Numbered from the whole stretch's first letter, positions 1-13,700 are shown. The stretch: DNA of 61,640 bases, filler included, from Dugesia japonica (GCA_001938525.1; 6 parts of 6 records of this genome joined end to end with filler, not necessarily neighbours in it); one strand, 5' to 3'. The notes: a model not told the origin generated them from the sequence alone. Made by a program: numbers and translations.

Positions 1-926
1 TTACAACAAGAATTGATAAGAGAATTATATTTCTTATATTCTTCATTTTGTTTCAATGATTATTTGATATTTTTATTTGTTTTTATAAATGAATTTCACA
101 TGAAATATATTTATGATATTTCAATCGTCACGACTTTTTCATAAATATTTCATTTAGAAATATAAAATAATAATAATAAAAATAATAATAATTTACAAAT
201 TGTTGAAGCGTGACATTTTTGTGATTTATATATTATTTTATTTTCTGTGTCGATAATTAATGAATTATTTTTATATTTATTTATATTATTATATTGTGAA
301 AAATAAATAACAAAGTAAAATGTAGTAAAGTACAACAAAGTAAATATCGCAAAATTTTTGAAACAAAAATAAATTTACTAATAATTTAATATAAATTTAA
401 TTATATAAATAATTATATAAANACATCAAAAATTGAAAAGTAGGATTTAAAAAAAAAATTTTAAATAATGTTGATATTACATTGAAAATGAACAAATTAT
501 CAATTTAATTAATTATTCAAAATTTTCTGAATATTTTATGATTGATTTAATTGAAAATAATAAATTACCTGACTAACCCAAAAGGAAAATTTTAATTGAA
601 TTACTCCAATGCAACTATATAATGATTTAAGCGTGATTTTGGCCGGTTTTTGACCTTTCACAGGCCTCTCAAGAGTGGTACCAGTGGAACAACGTTACAC
701 TTTATAATCCCTCGCTTACTTTTAATTTGTGTTGATTTAGCTAAATAAATTAATTATTAGATCCTTCGGCTTGCCTCCTTATTTTGTATATAAGCTGCAT
801 GACCTNAATTATTTTCTCTAGTTATCCATTTTAAATATTCTCTATTATTCTTTGTAGTGTCAAAATACGACTGGTAAATCTACAACGATATAGCCGGAAA
901 TCTTCACCAGAGTAGAGAAACACTTC

Positions 927-942
927 AGTAGGTAGATATAAG
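927..942 (+). repeat. Probable left terminus (start of terminal inverted repeat) of Polinton A
   Basis: AGTAGGTAGATATAAG. A near-identical AGTAGGTAGATATGAG starts an insertion at 46080, and Polinton ends begin with AG-rich short repeats. Confidence 0.6.
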
Positions 943-2007
943 TGGACGGGCACAATTTACACCCTCTCCCACGTGGGGGGGATCGGAAATTGAATAAGAT
1001 TGTGGTGGGGTTTTTTTCTAATATTTTTGGAATCAAAAAATTTTTGATCGGATCAGTTTTTTTTATCCTGGGTGTGTGTTTTTATAAATTTTATAATTTT
1101 TGTGTTTGGGTTGCTAAGGAGGTTAATTTAAAGTAGGTCAAGTTAAGTTTGTGTGTGTAAGGAGGAATTTGAACTCGAGGGAGTGTTGGAGATCTTGGAA
1201 ATAATTTTTTTGGAGTTTTTAAGATTTGGTTGTGGTTGGACAAAAATTTNNNNNNNNNNNNNNNNNNNNNNNNNNNNNNNNNNNNNNNNNNNNNNNNNNG
1301 TTAAATATTATCTAAAAAACTTATTAGGCAGGATGGATGGTTTGTACTAGAAGTGTGGTAGCGCACGTGTACAGTCGTATGAGTTATCGTGGGGTGTTTT
1401 TTGGGAGGATGTATATTTGTAGGGGGATATTGGATTTTGTTTGTTGATAGATTGTTGGAAAGGTAGTGTGATGGGGAATATTTTGAATGTCAATTGTGCT
1501 TTAATTTTCGATTGGTTTTGTCGAATTTGATCGGTTGATATTTGTAAGTATTAAAAGTGTGTTAAAAAATTTTCGGGAGGGGGAAAAAGGTATGGGTGGA
1601 AAGAGAATTAATTATCTAATTATATAAAATCTATTTGAAATTTTTCTTGTGGGTGTGTATGACGTAATAATTTTCAAAAATCTTTATTTTGTGTAAAAAT
1701 GCTGTATTTCACATAAAATGATGAATTAGTTGCAAGTAATGGTATTTTTTATAAAAATGATGTATTTTGGAGTATTGTTTGAATATTTTTGGTATTTTTG
1801 AGTAGGAAGGGTTGTTTTTAATATTTTTTGATGGAGACAGAAGGGAGTCTTGTTATTTTTGTAGGAAAATATTTTTAGCGAGAAATTAAAAAATTTTATT
1901 TTGGCGGAAAATTTAAAAAATTTTATTTTCATGGGACATTTAAAAAGTTATTTTTGGATGGTGGGAAATTAAAATTTTTTAAGATTTTATATTTATGTAT
2001 GAGATAG

Positions 2008-2225
2008 AGCAGTCTTGATATTTAACATTGGAAGTTTCTATATTTAGCTTGGTATGGGTCAGTCTTGATATTTTGCATGGACGAGTCTCTATATTTTGCA
2101 TAAGGCAGTCCCTATATTTAGCATGAAATTGGGCAGTCTTGAAATTTGCATGGACGAGTCTCTATATTTAGCATTGGATGGGGCAGACTTGATATTTTGC
2201 AAGGGATGGGGTAGTCTAATATTCA
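2008..2225. repeat. Degenerate tandem repeat, about 9 units of 21-27 nt
   Basis: Recurring (G)CAGTCTTGATATTT(A/T)GCAT(G/T)G upstream of the first Polinton gene. Confidence 0.8.
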
Positions 2226-2367
2226 AGGGCACGTGATTTTCAATGTGTGTGTGTTGCATGTGAGTTGCATCTGAGTTGCATACCTATTACATTTATAAAA
2301 ATTCCCAGGTACGTGATTTTCAGTGTATGCGTGTTTTAAGTTTCTATTATAAAAAATGTACTAAATT

Positions 2368-2510
2368 ATGAGTAAATTAAAGAAAAAACAAGATAGAGAG
2401 ATTAGGAGTGATGCAGTTTATCCAATTGTTGGACCTAGTGGTTGTGGAAAAACTTTGTTTGTATGTCAATTATTGAACTCAAAGTTATTCAAGTCAAAAT
2501 TTGAAAAGAT
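2368..2510 (+). pseudogene. Polinton packaging ATPase (A32/FtsK-like), N-terminal fragment
   Basis: Manual translation MSKLKKKQDREIRSDAVYPIVGPSGCGKTLFVCQLL contains Walker A GPSGCGKT. The rest is deleted. Confidence 0.8.
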
Positions 2511-3402
2511 TTCCAACAAGAGCATATAAAACATATGATATTGATGATTTATGGCAAATGGATCTAATTGAGATGATTCCATATTCAAAAAATTAATAAA
2601 GAGTATAAGTATATTTTGACTTGTATCGATGTATTCAGTAGATTTGCAAGAGCTGTTTCTGTTAAATCAAAATACGCTAATGATATGGAACCAAAAATCA
2701 AATCAATGTTTACAAATGGATATCCAGATACTTAACAAACGGATTTGGTAAAGAATTTTACAATTCCCAGGTGAAACAACTTATAAATCATCTATCCATA
2801 AACCATTATAGTGTATTATCTCAGTATAAAGCTGCAGATATAGAGAGATTTAATCGCACATTGAGAGATGCATTGAAAAAGTACTTTGTACATGTTGGTA
2901 AAAAGACTTGAATAAATGTTTTAGCGAAACTTATTCATAGTTATAATCATTCTGGTTATAAGGGATCAAATGGAGCAAGACCAGTTGATGTAACAAAAAA
3001 TCAATTAAAGTTATAGTTATCGGGAAATCAACCAAAAGCAAATAAAAACCAAAGTATAAAGTTGGCAATCATGTGAAAATCTCGAAAATATCAGATTCAC
3101 CATTTATCAAGAATTTCAATAGTAATTGGAGTGATGAAGTGTTTCAAATAACAAAAAACAACATGAAACAAAATCCGGCCATGTATGTTTTTAAAGATTA
3201 TGAAGATAATATCGTTCAAGGAAAATTCTATGAGCATGAATTACAAGTCATTCCACCACTAGAGATATATAGAAAAGAAACAATAATCAAATCAAAAGGA
3301 TCAGGAAAGAATAAACAATACTATGTAAAGTGGCATGGATACGAAAAACCAAGTTGGATATTAGCATCACAAATAGTCAATCAGGAAGAAAATTTGGATT
3401 AA
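2510..3402 (+). pseudogene. Retroviral-like (rve) Polinton integrase with C-terminal chromodomain, disrupted
   Basis: FPTRAYK..DDLWQMDLIEM, YILTCIDVFSRFAR, IERFNRTLR, FNSNWSDEVF and chromodomain YYVKWHGYEKPSW. Collinear with the ORF at 38506. Confidence 0.9.
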
Positions 3403-3409
3403 ATCAAGT

Positions 3410-4376
3410 AATTTCTATACAATATTACCGAGTAATAGCTGTCCTCTTATTCATCCGGAGAATAATGCTAGTAAATTTGTTGTTGAGCTACAAAATCCAA
3501 TTTATGTGGATGGTAGTTGAGACGTGGTCATGATGGACTTCATTTTTCTATATTCCCCGTTTCCGGTATATAGCAAGTCGAAAATTGAATACATGACTGC
3601 AAATAATATATTGAATAAAATAACTGTAATAATAAATATAAAGGAAAAAACACTTGTTGATCAAAATAAAAATTTTGAAATATTTGNNNNNNNNNNNNNN
3701 NNNNNNNNNNNNNNNNNNNNNNNNNNNNNNNNNNNNNNNNNNNNNNNNNNNNNTTTAAATCTAACAAATTAACAAAAAAGTTCGGTCATATCTATACAAA
3801 CTTTACAAATGATGACACAGTACAAAATGTAAAAATATAAGTAGCTTATACAGTGGTGAATTATCATTCTTTTCTGTTTAAAGATGATATATAAATATCA
3901 TAATTTGACGGAAAATTGTACTCAAATATTTAAGAAATGTTTTATAAATTCGGATAAATAGTTTGAATTTGAGCTACAAGATAACTTCAAAAAAGTTTTA
4001 TTTGATAATGTCTTGACAAGAACATGGAGATTAGACAAACAACAATATTCGCCTGCAGATATGAAGGGAGGCGAGTTCAAAGCTATTACCAAATCGAAAA
4101 AAATTGAAGTTACATAAGCAAATGTTCATCTTTAGTAATCTTGTTGAATCTATAATTGTAGGTGATGTTAGTAAATCTTTTTTGAAATCAAGATGGATAG
4201 AAAAGCATGAAATTGATGAAGTAGTACAAATAATAATTGATAATCCAATGTATTTAGCTATTGCAACATCATGTATAAACAATATAGAATTTAAAATACG
4301 CGATGATAACGGAAAAATAATCAAGTTTCCAAAAAATTCAAAAACTCATTTAACTTTACATTTTAGAAAACTAGTA
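3410..4376 (+). pseudogene. Polinton minor capsid protein (penton), disrupted
   Basis: N-terminal FYTILPSNSCP..PENNASKFVVELQNPI. C-terminal FIFSNLVESIIVGD...PMYLAI..INNIEFKIRDDNG..THLTLHFRK. Confidence 0.8.
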
Positions 4377-4817
4377 ATGAATCCTGATATTTTTTCAATG
4401 TATGGTACTAGTCAAGCCGGTGGAGAACTACCTTAATTTCTTGGAAAACAGTATGAATCCAGTTGGTTACAAACAATATGTAAATTTGCTTTGCCGATTC
4501 TTAAACGTATTGGTTCTTTTGGTAAGAAAAAAACTCTGAATGTACTAGCTAATAATGATAAAATACTGCCAACATTGAAATCTAATGCATTAGCTGAGCT
4601 TGAAATGTTGTCATCATTACTTAGCAAAGTTACCAGTATGATTTCAAAAGTAGCAAACATATTACCACAAATTATAACTAAAAAAATACCACCTGAAATA
4701 ACAAATATGCTATCAAATCAAGTCACGACACCACAAAATAGTAGAAAACGTAAGAAATCTCATGGANCACTTATAAACAAACGAATGAGAGGTCATGGAA
4801 CCATATTTGAAAAATGA
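4377..4817 (+). pseudogene. Polinton core / membrane-active virion protein between penton and major capsid
   Basis: MNPDIFSMYGTSQAGGELP*FLGKQY..WLQTICKFALPILK with a basic C-terminus. Syntenic with 40619-41071. Confidence 0.6.
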
Positions 4818-6031
4818 TGTGCGGTAAAACTGATTTATGTATTTTTGATCGACCATCTCTACAAGCTGTAATTGAAAATGGTAGTTTTGAAAATGTCTTT
4901 CCTATGAATTCAATTTCTGAATCACAAAGTGACGTAGAGATTTTTATAAATGGATCTCAAACAGAATATTTGGATTTAAATGATACTTTATTGTATATTT
5001 AAGTGAAGGTGGTTGATAAGTCTAGTAAAGATTTGACTGGCACTCATGATGCAGTTCCGAGTAATTATATGCTACATACTGTTTTCAAAGATGTAATTCT
5101 TTCATTTAATAATTTCAAAATTGAAGGTGTAAATGGATCTTATCTTCACATAGCATTAATTGAAACTATAATAAATTATAATGGTGATAGTAAAAATATA
5201 TGTCTTGCAGCAATTGGATATGGATCAGAAGCAGATAGAAAAAATGTCTATTAAAATATCAAAACAATTGGCTCTATGCGGTTCATTGCAACTCAATTTC
5301 ATGGATCAATCAAAATACCTTATTCCTGGTGTTAATGTTCATATTCGGATGAAACGATCATCTGGTAAGATTTGTTTAGAATCCGCAGCTAATGAACCTA
5401 AATATGTATTACTAAATGCAAAATTAATGGTTAGATGTGTACGAGTTGAAACCTTAGAACTAGCTGCTCGTCAAATGGGACTAAAAAAGCAAAATGCTGT
5501 TTAACCAATAAAAACCAAAGAAGTCGTTGTATTTGCAATTAGTAAAGATAGTTCATCGTTTTATAAGGAATACATCTGTGGTGATCGTCGATTACCTAGC
5601 TTTATTCTGGTTACATTTTAAAGTGGAGAACATTATAATGGTAGCTTAAAAAAAGCTTGAATTCAACATTTCAAATTCTAGATGCCGTTTCTGTTTTCTT
5701 GACAAAAACCCTGATTATCGAGAAATATTTACTCAAGATTTTACAAATGGTAATTATACCACAACATGTATGCAATCTATAGTACGAAATATGGGATATT
5801 TGGATAAGAATATGAATTGTGGAATAACACTTCAGGANNNNNNNNNNNNNNNNNNNNNNNNNNNNNNNNNNNNNNNNNNNNNNNNNNNNNNNNNNNNNNN
5901 NNNNNNNNNNNNNNNNNNNNNNNNNNNNNNNNNNNNNNNNNNNNNNNNNNNNNNNNNNNNNNNNNNNNNTAATTTATGGAGTATTTGAAAAAGAAATTTA
6001 GATTAAAGAAAACGGAACAGTATTAGTGTAA
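4814..6031 (+). pseudogene. Polinton major capsid protein (double jelly roll), multiple stops
   Basis: KTDLCIFDRPSLQAVIENG..P...EIFINGSQTEYLDLNDTLLY, FMDQSKYLIPGVNVHIRM, RRLPSFILV, and C-terminal YGVFEKEI. Confidence 0.85.
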
Positions 6032-6061
6032 ACAATATTTTGTGTAATTGGTACATGTTAT

Positions 6062-6385
6062 TTTGATAGTACTATTCAGATTGATTGGATTGCATCAAAG
6101 TTACTTGAATCAGCATGGTTAGGTGTTTATGCGTTAGATAAACTTCCGAATTATATTCCAGTAAAAAATGCCTTAATTGTCAATACTCATACATCAAATC
6201 TATGTGGAGATCATTGGATAGCTGCTTACAACAAACCTGCTCAAACACTGGTATTCGATCCATTAGCATTTTATTATTCATCAATGTTGATGTCACACTT
6301 ATCGAAAATATCAAAACTAATAGTCTACAATAAAATCCAATGTCAAGACCCATTTACAACTACGTGTGATCAGCACTGTTTATAA
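6062..6385 (+). pseudogene. Adenain-like cysteine maturation protease
   Basis: Manual translation WLGVYALDKLP...LIVNTHTSNLCGDHWIA...VFDPLA...YNKIQCQDPFTTTCDQHC has the His/Asp/Gln/Cys order of adenain-type proteases. It is absent from the ORF track. Confidence 0.85.
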
Positions 6386-7099
6386 TGGTTGAAAAAACAA
6401 CATTGTACTTGAAAATATTTATTTGTTCTTGTAAAAAATAAATGTATTTTATTGAAANNNNNNNNNNNNNNNNNNNNNNNNNNNNNNNNNNNNNNNNNNN
6501 NNNNNNNNNNNNNNNNNNNNNNNNNNNNNNNNNNNNNNNNNNNNNNNNNNNNNNTTTTAATATTATTTTGACACGTTTTATTATCAAAAAATTAAAATTA
6601 ATTTAAAATACCACAACGTAATATATCTTTATTTTTTGAAAATTGATTTAAAATACTGCAACGTAATATGTCCGCAATATTTTAAAATACACACATACTC
6701 GAATTTGATTGGTTAGATTTGAAAATCTTGGTAAAAGTTATTATTATTCATCACAATTTCAAATTATTTTTAGAAAAACAAGTAAACAGTTCAAAAGAGC
6801 TTAAAGTAATTTATTACTATTACTAACATTATTAACTTTTATTTTTAGAATTATCATGAATTCATATAAACAAAATGGAAGAAGATTTAATTTCAATTAT
6901 GAATGCTGTAAGATTGTTATAAATTATTATTCATTAATTAATTATGTAATTTAGAATTTTGACGAAATGAGACATACGGTGAAGGATCTCGTATGATCGT
7001 GAACGGAGATTCACATTAGTTTTTTTGATTTTACTTTGTTTGTAAATATTTCTTTTATAAGTTATATTTTAATAAAAAAAACTATTATGCTAATTTATT

Positions 7100-7400
7100 A
7101 TGAAGAACAAATATGCTATATTCCAAAACCATGTTCTATGTTATGCTCGATGCTATGATATTATGAAGAAATGCTCTATGTTATGAATAAATGCTTTATG
7201 TTATTAAGAAGAAATGCTCTATATTTTTTTTAAATGAAAATGTTCTGAGAAAATTGCATCACCAATATGTTGTATTTCGGAAAATTGCATCGTCAATGAG
7301 ATTTTGTTTTAAAACTAACATCTCTAATGTGAATTTTTTTTAAAAATTACCACTCTTATATATCTTTTATGGAAAATATCATAGCCAATATATTTTATAA
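7100..7400. repeat. Short degenerate tandem repeats inside Polinton A
   Basis: Repeated ATGCTCTATGTTATG(AA), then AAAATTGCATC-like units. Confidence 0.55.
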
Positions 7401-7581
7401 AAAGAAATTTCATTAAAAGCATTATGTTATTATTAAAATTATTATATTATTATTAAATTATTAAATTATTTTAGGACATTGCAAATTATACAACCATTAA
7501 GCTAGTGCGAATCACAGTGGTGAGTGCCATAGTATCATGGAAGAATACTATGCCTAACAATTTTATGGAAAAAAATATTTT

Positions 7582-7986
7582 GTGTGTCCTAATTGTAAGG
7601 TATTAGGTTTAGTTGACTACTTGAGGTTTTATAGGACACATAAGAAACACTTATCTTGTTTTAGTAAAAGTAAAAAGAATATATTAAAATCAATATTAGA
7701 TAGGCAGATAGATAGTGAGTTTCATGAAGCACCAGTAAATAAGAGAATTAAGATGAAAGAAATAACAGTTAAGGATGAACCAGTTGAAATAGTTGTTATC
7801 GAAGATAATGTTGAAGAAATAATAATCCGGGATGAACCAGTTGAAAATATTGAATATGTTGTTGAAGAAACATCAAATATTGTACAAGAAGATGTAATCA
7901 ATATTGAATCTTATGATTGGAGCAGTTTTGAAATACTTGATGAACTTGATGAAGAAGATATCGTGTTACATGAACTCATCGATATG
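7582..7986 (+). CDS. Acidic protein with N-terminal Cys/His cluster; may be the 5' part of the pPolB gene or a separate gene
   Basis: Open frame CPNC...H..H..C followed by an E/D-rich tract, directly upstream of the pPolB remnants. It runs into an N gap. Confidence 0.4.
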
Positions 7987-8129
7987 NNNNNNNNNNNNNN
8001 NNNNNNNNNNNNNNNNNNNNNNNNNNNNNNNNNNNNNNNNNNNNNNNNNNNNNNNNNNNNNNNNNNNNNNNNNNNNNNNNNNNNNNNNNNNATACTGTGG
8101 ATGAGGGAGTTATTATAGAATTGTATTTG

Positions 8130-9544
8130 TATCGCTGTCATATGATACTTAAAATAAATGTATCAAAATGGAATTGTCGTGAAATAATGTTACCAGAAGC
8201 TATAGTAAACAAATTNTTTCAGACAATAGAAGAAATGAAGTTAAGTNAAAATTCAATTTGGGATACATGTAGAGTTCAAAAGATTAACAACAACTACTGA
8301 TGGAGAAGAATTTGAGTTTAAACCTGTGGAATATCAAATAGAGCCGTTGCATTAACTGATAATTTTCTTGAAGATGGGATCAACCAACTGAATGAGAAAA
8401 TAACCATAAGAAGCAAACTAGGCTCCAATTGAATGTTGAACAGAATACTGGAAATTAATTTTAAGATCACAAAGATTGCAGATATTTGTAGACTTTCTGG
8501 AAAAGGTTATATTCCAACGCCGGAAGATTTAAAAAGGAAAGAAGCAATTGTAAACATCAAGAACGATGATAATCACTATTTTATTTACAGTATTCTTGCT
8601 ATTAAGTTGGAAAAAGGAATAAAAACCGCATAACATTATATAAAAAATACATATCGGAGCTTATTTTTGATGAAGAGGATATGCCGATGAAACTGTTTGA
8701 TTTACCAAGGTTTGAGAAGAATAATCCAGGACTATCCATCAATGTTCTATCATGGAATCAAGAATCANTGGAGAATGAAGAAGATAAAGTAATCATGAAA
8801 CTTCCAAATTCGGACATAATACACCGATCAAAAGTAATAGATGGAGAGAAATTATATCTGTTATTACTGGAAAATAACAACAGATTTCATTTCACCGCAG
8901 TAATGAATCTAAATTGCCTAATGAACGGGGATAATAAAAGACAGGGTGTTTGTATTCAATCGGCATGGTGTCCTAACTGTCTCAATGGATTCAAAAATGA
9001 AGTAGCATATAAAAAGCATGAACCAATTTGTGAAAAGATCCAGGCAGGTATCACAATGTATACGATGCCATCGGAGAAGTACTTGATTTTTAAGAATTGT
9101 TCGAAAACTATAACACCACCTTTTGTGANATATGCGGACTTTGAGTCGGTTTTACCTACAGACGAAAAGCATTTCCAGAAAAAATTACCCGTTTTGGCTG
9201 GTTTGTTGTTGGTAAATAATTTTATCAACGAAACAAAATACAGAAAATTTATTGGAGATGACTGTGTGTATAAGTTTTTAAAAGCTGTGGAGATAATAAG
9301 CAAAAACATTGTGTTTCCTTATTTTGAAACAGAAGGAAAAAAGAAAATTATAATAACATTGGAACAAGATAAAGAATTCAAAGCTGCCAAAATGTGTTAT
9401 TTATGTAAGAAGGAAATAAGAGATCCCGTTCGTGACCATGACCATTTTACATTGAAATATAGAGGAGGAACATGTAATCAATGCAATTTAAGTATAAAAT
9501 TGCATTTTCAACTACCAGTGGTCTTTCATAATTTACGAGGATAT
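8130..9544 (+). pseudogene. Protein-primed DNA polymerase B of Polinton A, N-terminal half
   Basis: GYIPTP..KEAIVNIKNDDN (vOTU-like region), YADFES (ExoI), CYLC..VRDHDHFT.KYRG..CNQCN (endonuclease VII-like insert) and VVFHNLRGY (ExoII). Confidence 0.9.
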
Positions 9545-9644
9545 NNNNNNNNNNNNNNNNNNNNNNNNNNNNNNNNNNNNNNNNNNNNTTAATTAATTAA
9601 NNNNNNNNNNNNNNNNNNNNNNNNNNNNNNNNNNNNNNNNNNNN
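9545..9644. other. Artificial scaffold linker; the TTAATTAATTAA core recurs at 18906, 27450, 37622 and 46167
   Basis: 44 N + TTAATTAATTAA (stops in all six frames) + 44 N, with the same structure at five places. Confidence 0.97.
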
Positions 9645-10287
9645 TTTCGTATAAATATCTAAGAAAAGTAAATTATTGAAATATTATTTTACTTTCTCAA
9701 ACTTTTCAGACATTTTCGTTAAGCTATTTGATTTCAACTCAATAATAATAATAATTAATAATAATAATGATAATAATAACTAAGAATGATAATCATAATA
9801 ATAGTTGAACATGTGAATTTTAAAAACTTTTTATTTTATATTCTAAAAATCGAAGCTTTATTTTAAAATATTTTCGTAAAATAATTAATTTTTATCCTGC
9901 CAAGATTTATACGTATTTGTCATAATTTCATAATGATTTCAATAAACGTTTCACATCATATGGTAATTAGAAATGAAATAAATTTATTAATAATAATATT
10001 CCGTGTAAAATTTCTAATTTAGTGATTAGTTTTGTTGTTTTTCTTTTCCAGCAAACCTGATAAACCACAACAAATAAACAGAGGATCTTTTTAATCTTTC
10101 AAGGTTTACTAAACTAACAAAGCGAAATTACGGACACCCCATCAACACATGTTTAATACTACAAACATGAATTAGTCATCATTATTAACACGTGCCACGA
10201 AAAAAAAATAACGTGCTTTACATTGATTTATTAAAATGATTAATTTGAAAGAAAAATACGAATTTTCTATTAGAAATCAAATTTTAC

Positions 10288-10778
10288 CATATTGAAAAGT
10301 TTCTTCTGGCCATTATAACCGTCTTTATTTGGTCGTTCGTGAAGTGATTTGATTAAATCGAAAAACTCTTCGAGAACCACAATCCGACGAATTATACCAA
10401 GATTTTTAGCTGACGACTGAAAGATTTTCAATTTTTTTTATTTAATTAATAATCGAGTGATTAATTAAATTTTACCGAAAATGTTTTTTTTGTCCATAAG
10501 TGAATTTTATCGACATTTTTCGAACGAAATCTCCATTCAGCTGGTTCCCAATTAATATGAGTATCACCCAAAGAAAATCCACGTAATTGTTTAGGTAATT
10601 CCCGGGAAATATCCGCTAGTAATAGTTTTTCAATATACTCTCGACGTTTTTCATCAGTGAAACATTTTGAATTACTATGTGGTCCAAACTCTTTGAAAAT
10701 CGATGAATCGAATTCCGTTCTGAAATCATTTTGATTTGGTAAATTTGTTTTTGTTGAAAATAAATTCGAATTCAGCAT
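10288..10778 (-). CDS. Host gene, NOL4/NOL4L-like, two exons (10778-10476 and 10416-10288)
   Basis: A 59-nt GT..AG intron joins FGPHSNSKCFTDEKRREYIEKLL...AEWRFRSK to RRIVVLEEFFDLIKSLHE...YNGQKKLFNM, which resembles NOL4 RRVAVVEDFFDIIYSMH...HAGQKRTY. A GT donor follows exon 2. Confidence 0.55.
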
Positions 10779-13700
10779 TTGAATTGTCTAAAAATAATTT
10801 GAAATTTTTTTATTTCCAATAGATTCTTTGAAAGAATTGTTTATTTATTTTTTTTTTTTAGAAATTTGGCAATAGAAATTTTTTTTGGGAAATAAAATTG
10901 AATTATAAGCGGAGACGATTTTATAGTGGCCCGGTGAATGATGGCTCAAGTGAATCCAATGATGTATCACAGCGATTCCACCATCAGTAGAAGGATTAAA
11001 AACAAAAAGCAGAGTATGTATATAATGATAGCTGGAATGAAGGAGAATTCGTATTAGTAGATAGCTGCGATAGTCCGGTAATTATATGGGCAGTAAGAGC
11101 TGGTGTCTAGTGTAGTTGGTGAAGCGGCCGCTTGCTAATGAGTCGAGGCGTGGGACAACCCAGTAGTGGCGATAGCTGGTAAAATGTGGAGGTGTGCATA
11201 TCCTGATTTCCAATTTGTGTCATTCTCACGTTACTAGAAACAACCACACACACTGCCGACGGCAATTAACACTATGCATATCAATTCTACTCTTTCTCTC
11301 TCAGTAGTGTTTGTGTGTTTCATTGGAAATATAATCAAGCGCATGCCTACAAAAGAGCATGCTAATTCGGCCTCTAGACGCCATAGTATTGTAACTGATC
11401 TGTCGCAAGTTATACCGCATCTTCCGCTGCCGGACTAGCTCCTCCTACCACACCATGTCCGCCAGTTAGTCCAAAGCTTACTGTAGATCATCAAATCGCC
11501 GCCTAGTCAGCTCCCCAAGGATCAAACCGACAGATTGCCTGCAGGCATTGACGACCATGCCCGGTCGCTCTCGTTGTTTATTACTATTACACACTACTCT
11601 GTGCCGCACGATCGATGATTCCCGCTAATTTGAAATGCACTAATACAGTCGCAGTTTGGACTCTTCAGTGACAGTCGCCAAGCTAGCTGGCCTGGGACCA
11701 CCGACGCCACCTCTTCCCCCATTTCTCTCTGCACTGTTTTCTGACTAATACCTAATACCGGCCTTAGCAACGCAGTTCTGTTTTCACAAGATCGATTTGT
11801 ACAATAGGAGTTACTACCAGCCAGTAGTAATAGCGTGCTATTGCCCATTCTATTGATCACAATCCTCTGCCCGCTTTTCTCATTATGAATAGCTCAGGTT
11901 TGACTTCAGCAATAAATTTACAATGTTATTTTCATTGATATAAAATTATTAATTATAAATAAGTATCCTCACTCAGTTCTACCTGCAAATGAAGTCTGGC
12001 ATCAATATTTAATATGTGATATTAAAATCATCTGATAATATATCAACTATACGAACACCGGATAAAGCTGGTGCCAAGAGAGGAAGCATTCAGTACCACC
12101 ATGCGAATTGCCATTTAAGCGGTCAAATGATAATGGACTATTGATAAATCTATTACAATTTATCAAGTTTTCAACACTTAGTAAATATATATATTAAATT
12201 ACTGTATAGTATTTAATGATGGCAAATAAAGACTTCATATTATTTTACGTAAATAAATGGCAAAAAAGCTAATATAAAAATCAACTTAATCAATAAAATT
12301 TCATTTTATTATATCTATTTAACTTAAAAGGTAAATAAATTTAGCAAAAAAAANTTTTTTAGGATAATTTCAGAAAATAAATATAAATATATAATTTATT
12401 AAATGTGATTCATTAGTTGATTTTATGATTTTTTTAATTAATATAGTCAATGGAATTTTTTATAATTTACGAAAAAAAATTATTGTATTAAAATTATAAA
12501 ATACTGATAAATAAATTCAACAAAATTAAACATTAAAATCTAATAAAATTCAAATTACAAAATAAATAATAAAAGCACTTACTCGTATTAAATGCTGCAA
12601 TGGAATAATAATAATAATAAATAGAGCAATCCAAATGAGACTGTATTTATGTATGCTTACAACACTCAATTCCCACCACGCGACGTTTGCGCTAGTACAC
12701 AGTTCAAATACAGCGCAGATACTATAGTTCTAGCCTAGAGCGGAAAGCATGTATTCATAATCAACAGGTACTGCTTACCAGTGAATGAGAGTGTGTTAAA
12801 CTGTGTGTGCGTATTGATAGTAGAGGCGATCAGCACTACTCGACTGAAGCGATTAGAGGCTGCAGTTTAGCACCGAGCACACGATAACATATATTGACAG
12901 TGTTATTGTAACCATGAGAGCGGCGCTTCAACCTCCGGTTTTCATATAAATTGTAAAGCCTTGAATGATCTAGGTAGCGATTACCGGGTCGCACCCAACG
13001 AAAATAGAATATGATAATTAATACAAAACAGCCAAGTGTGTTTCAATTGTAATGATCACATTGTTCAGCTTTAACTAGTAGGACTTTATTTCAGTTTGTT
13101 CGGGCCGTGATTGAATCAGTCAATTTGATGCAGTAATATAGAGTTCAACTAATATTTCATTGAAAAATTTCATAATTTGATTGTTTGAATATATGAAATG
13201 AAATAAATTGAAAATTATATCAGAATATTTCATTTTCCAATAATTTTCAATTCAGATTTTAGTTTTACATTCTTTCTTAATAGAAATCTTAACAAATAGA
13301 AAATTACACTATATGAGTCAAATTTTTCAATAATATTCGTGAAATTTAAAAATAAAATAAATTCTTATTTCATTTTGTTAAGCAATAAATTTTTATTTAA
13401 TAAATGCATTTTTGTCAGTAGTATATATTTTGAAATTTATATTTTGTAAAAAATAGATTTTTATTTGAAAAANNNNNNNNNNNNNNNNNNNNNNNNNNNN
13501 NNNNNNNNNNNNNNNNNNNNNNNNNNNNNNNNNNNNNNNNNNNNNNNNNNNNNNNNNNNNNNNNNNNNNNNNNNNNNNNNNNNNNNNNNNNNNNNNNNNN
13601 NNNNNNNNNNNNNNNNNNNNNNNNNNNNNNNNNNNNNNNNNNNNNNAATATTATTATTTTGTCTGGTTGCGTTCGATATCCCCTTGATTCTAGGATAATT

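Larger units (their letters stand above)
927..9544 (+). mobile_element. Decayed Polinton/Maverick element A, truncated on the right by the scaffold end
   Basis: Begins with AGTAGGTAGATATAAG, an AG-initiated simple-repeat terminus. Remnants of ATPase, integrase, minor capsid, core protein, major capsid, protease and pPolB follow on the + strand with many stops and frameshifts. Confidence 0.9.

Noticed and set aside
10896-13120. GC-richer stretches resembling an LTR or regulatory region, including ORF 11594-11860
   Set aside because: I could not identify paired LTRs, a primer-binding site or any protein motif.
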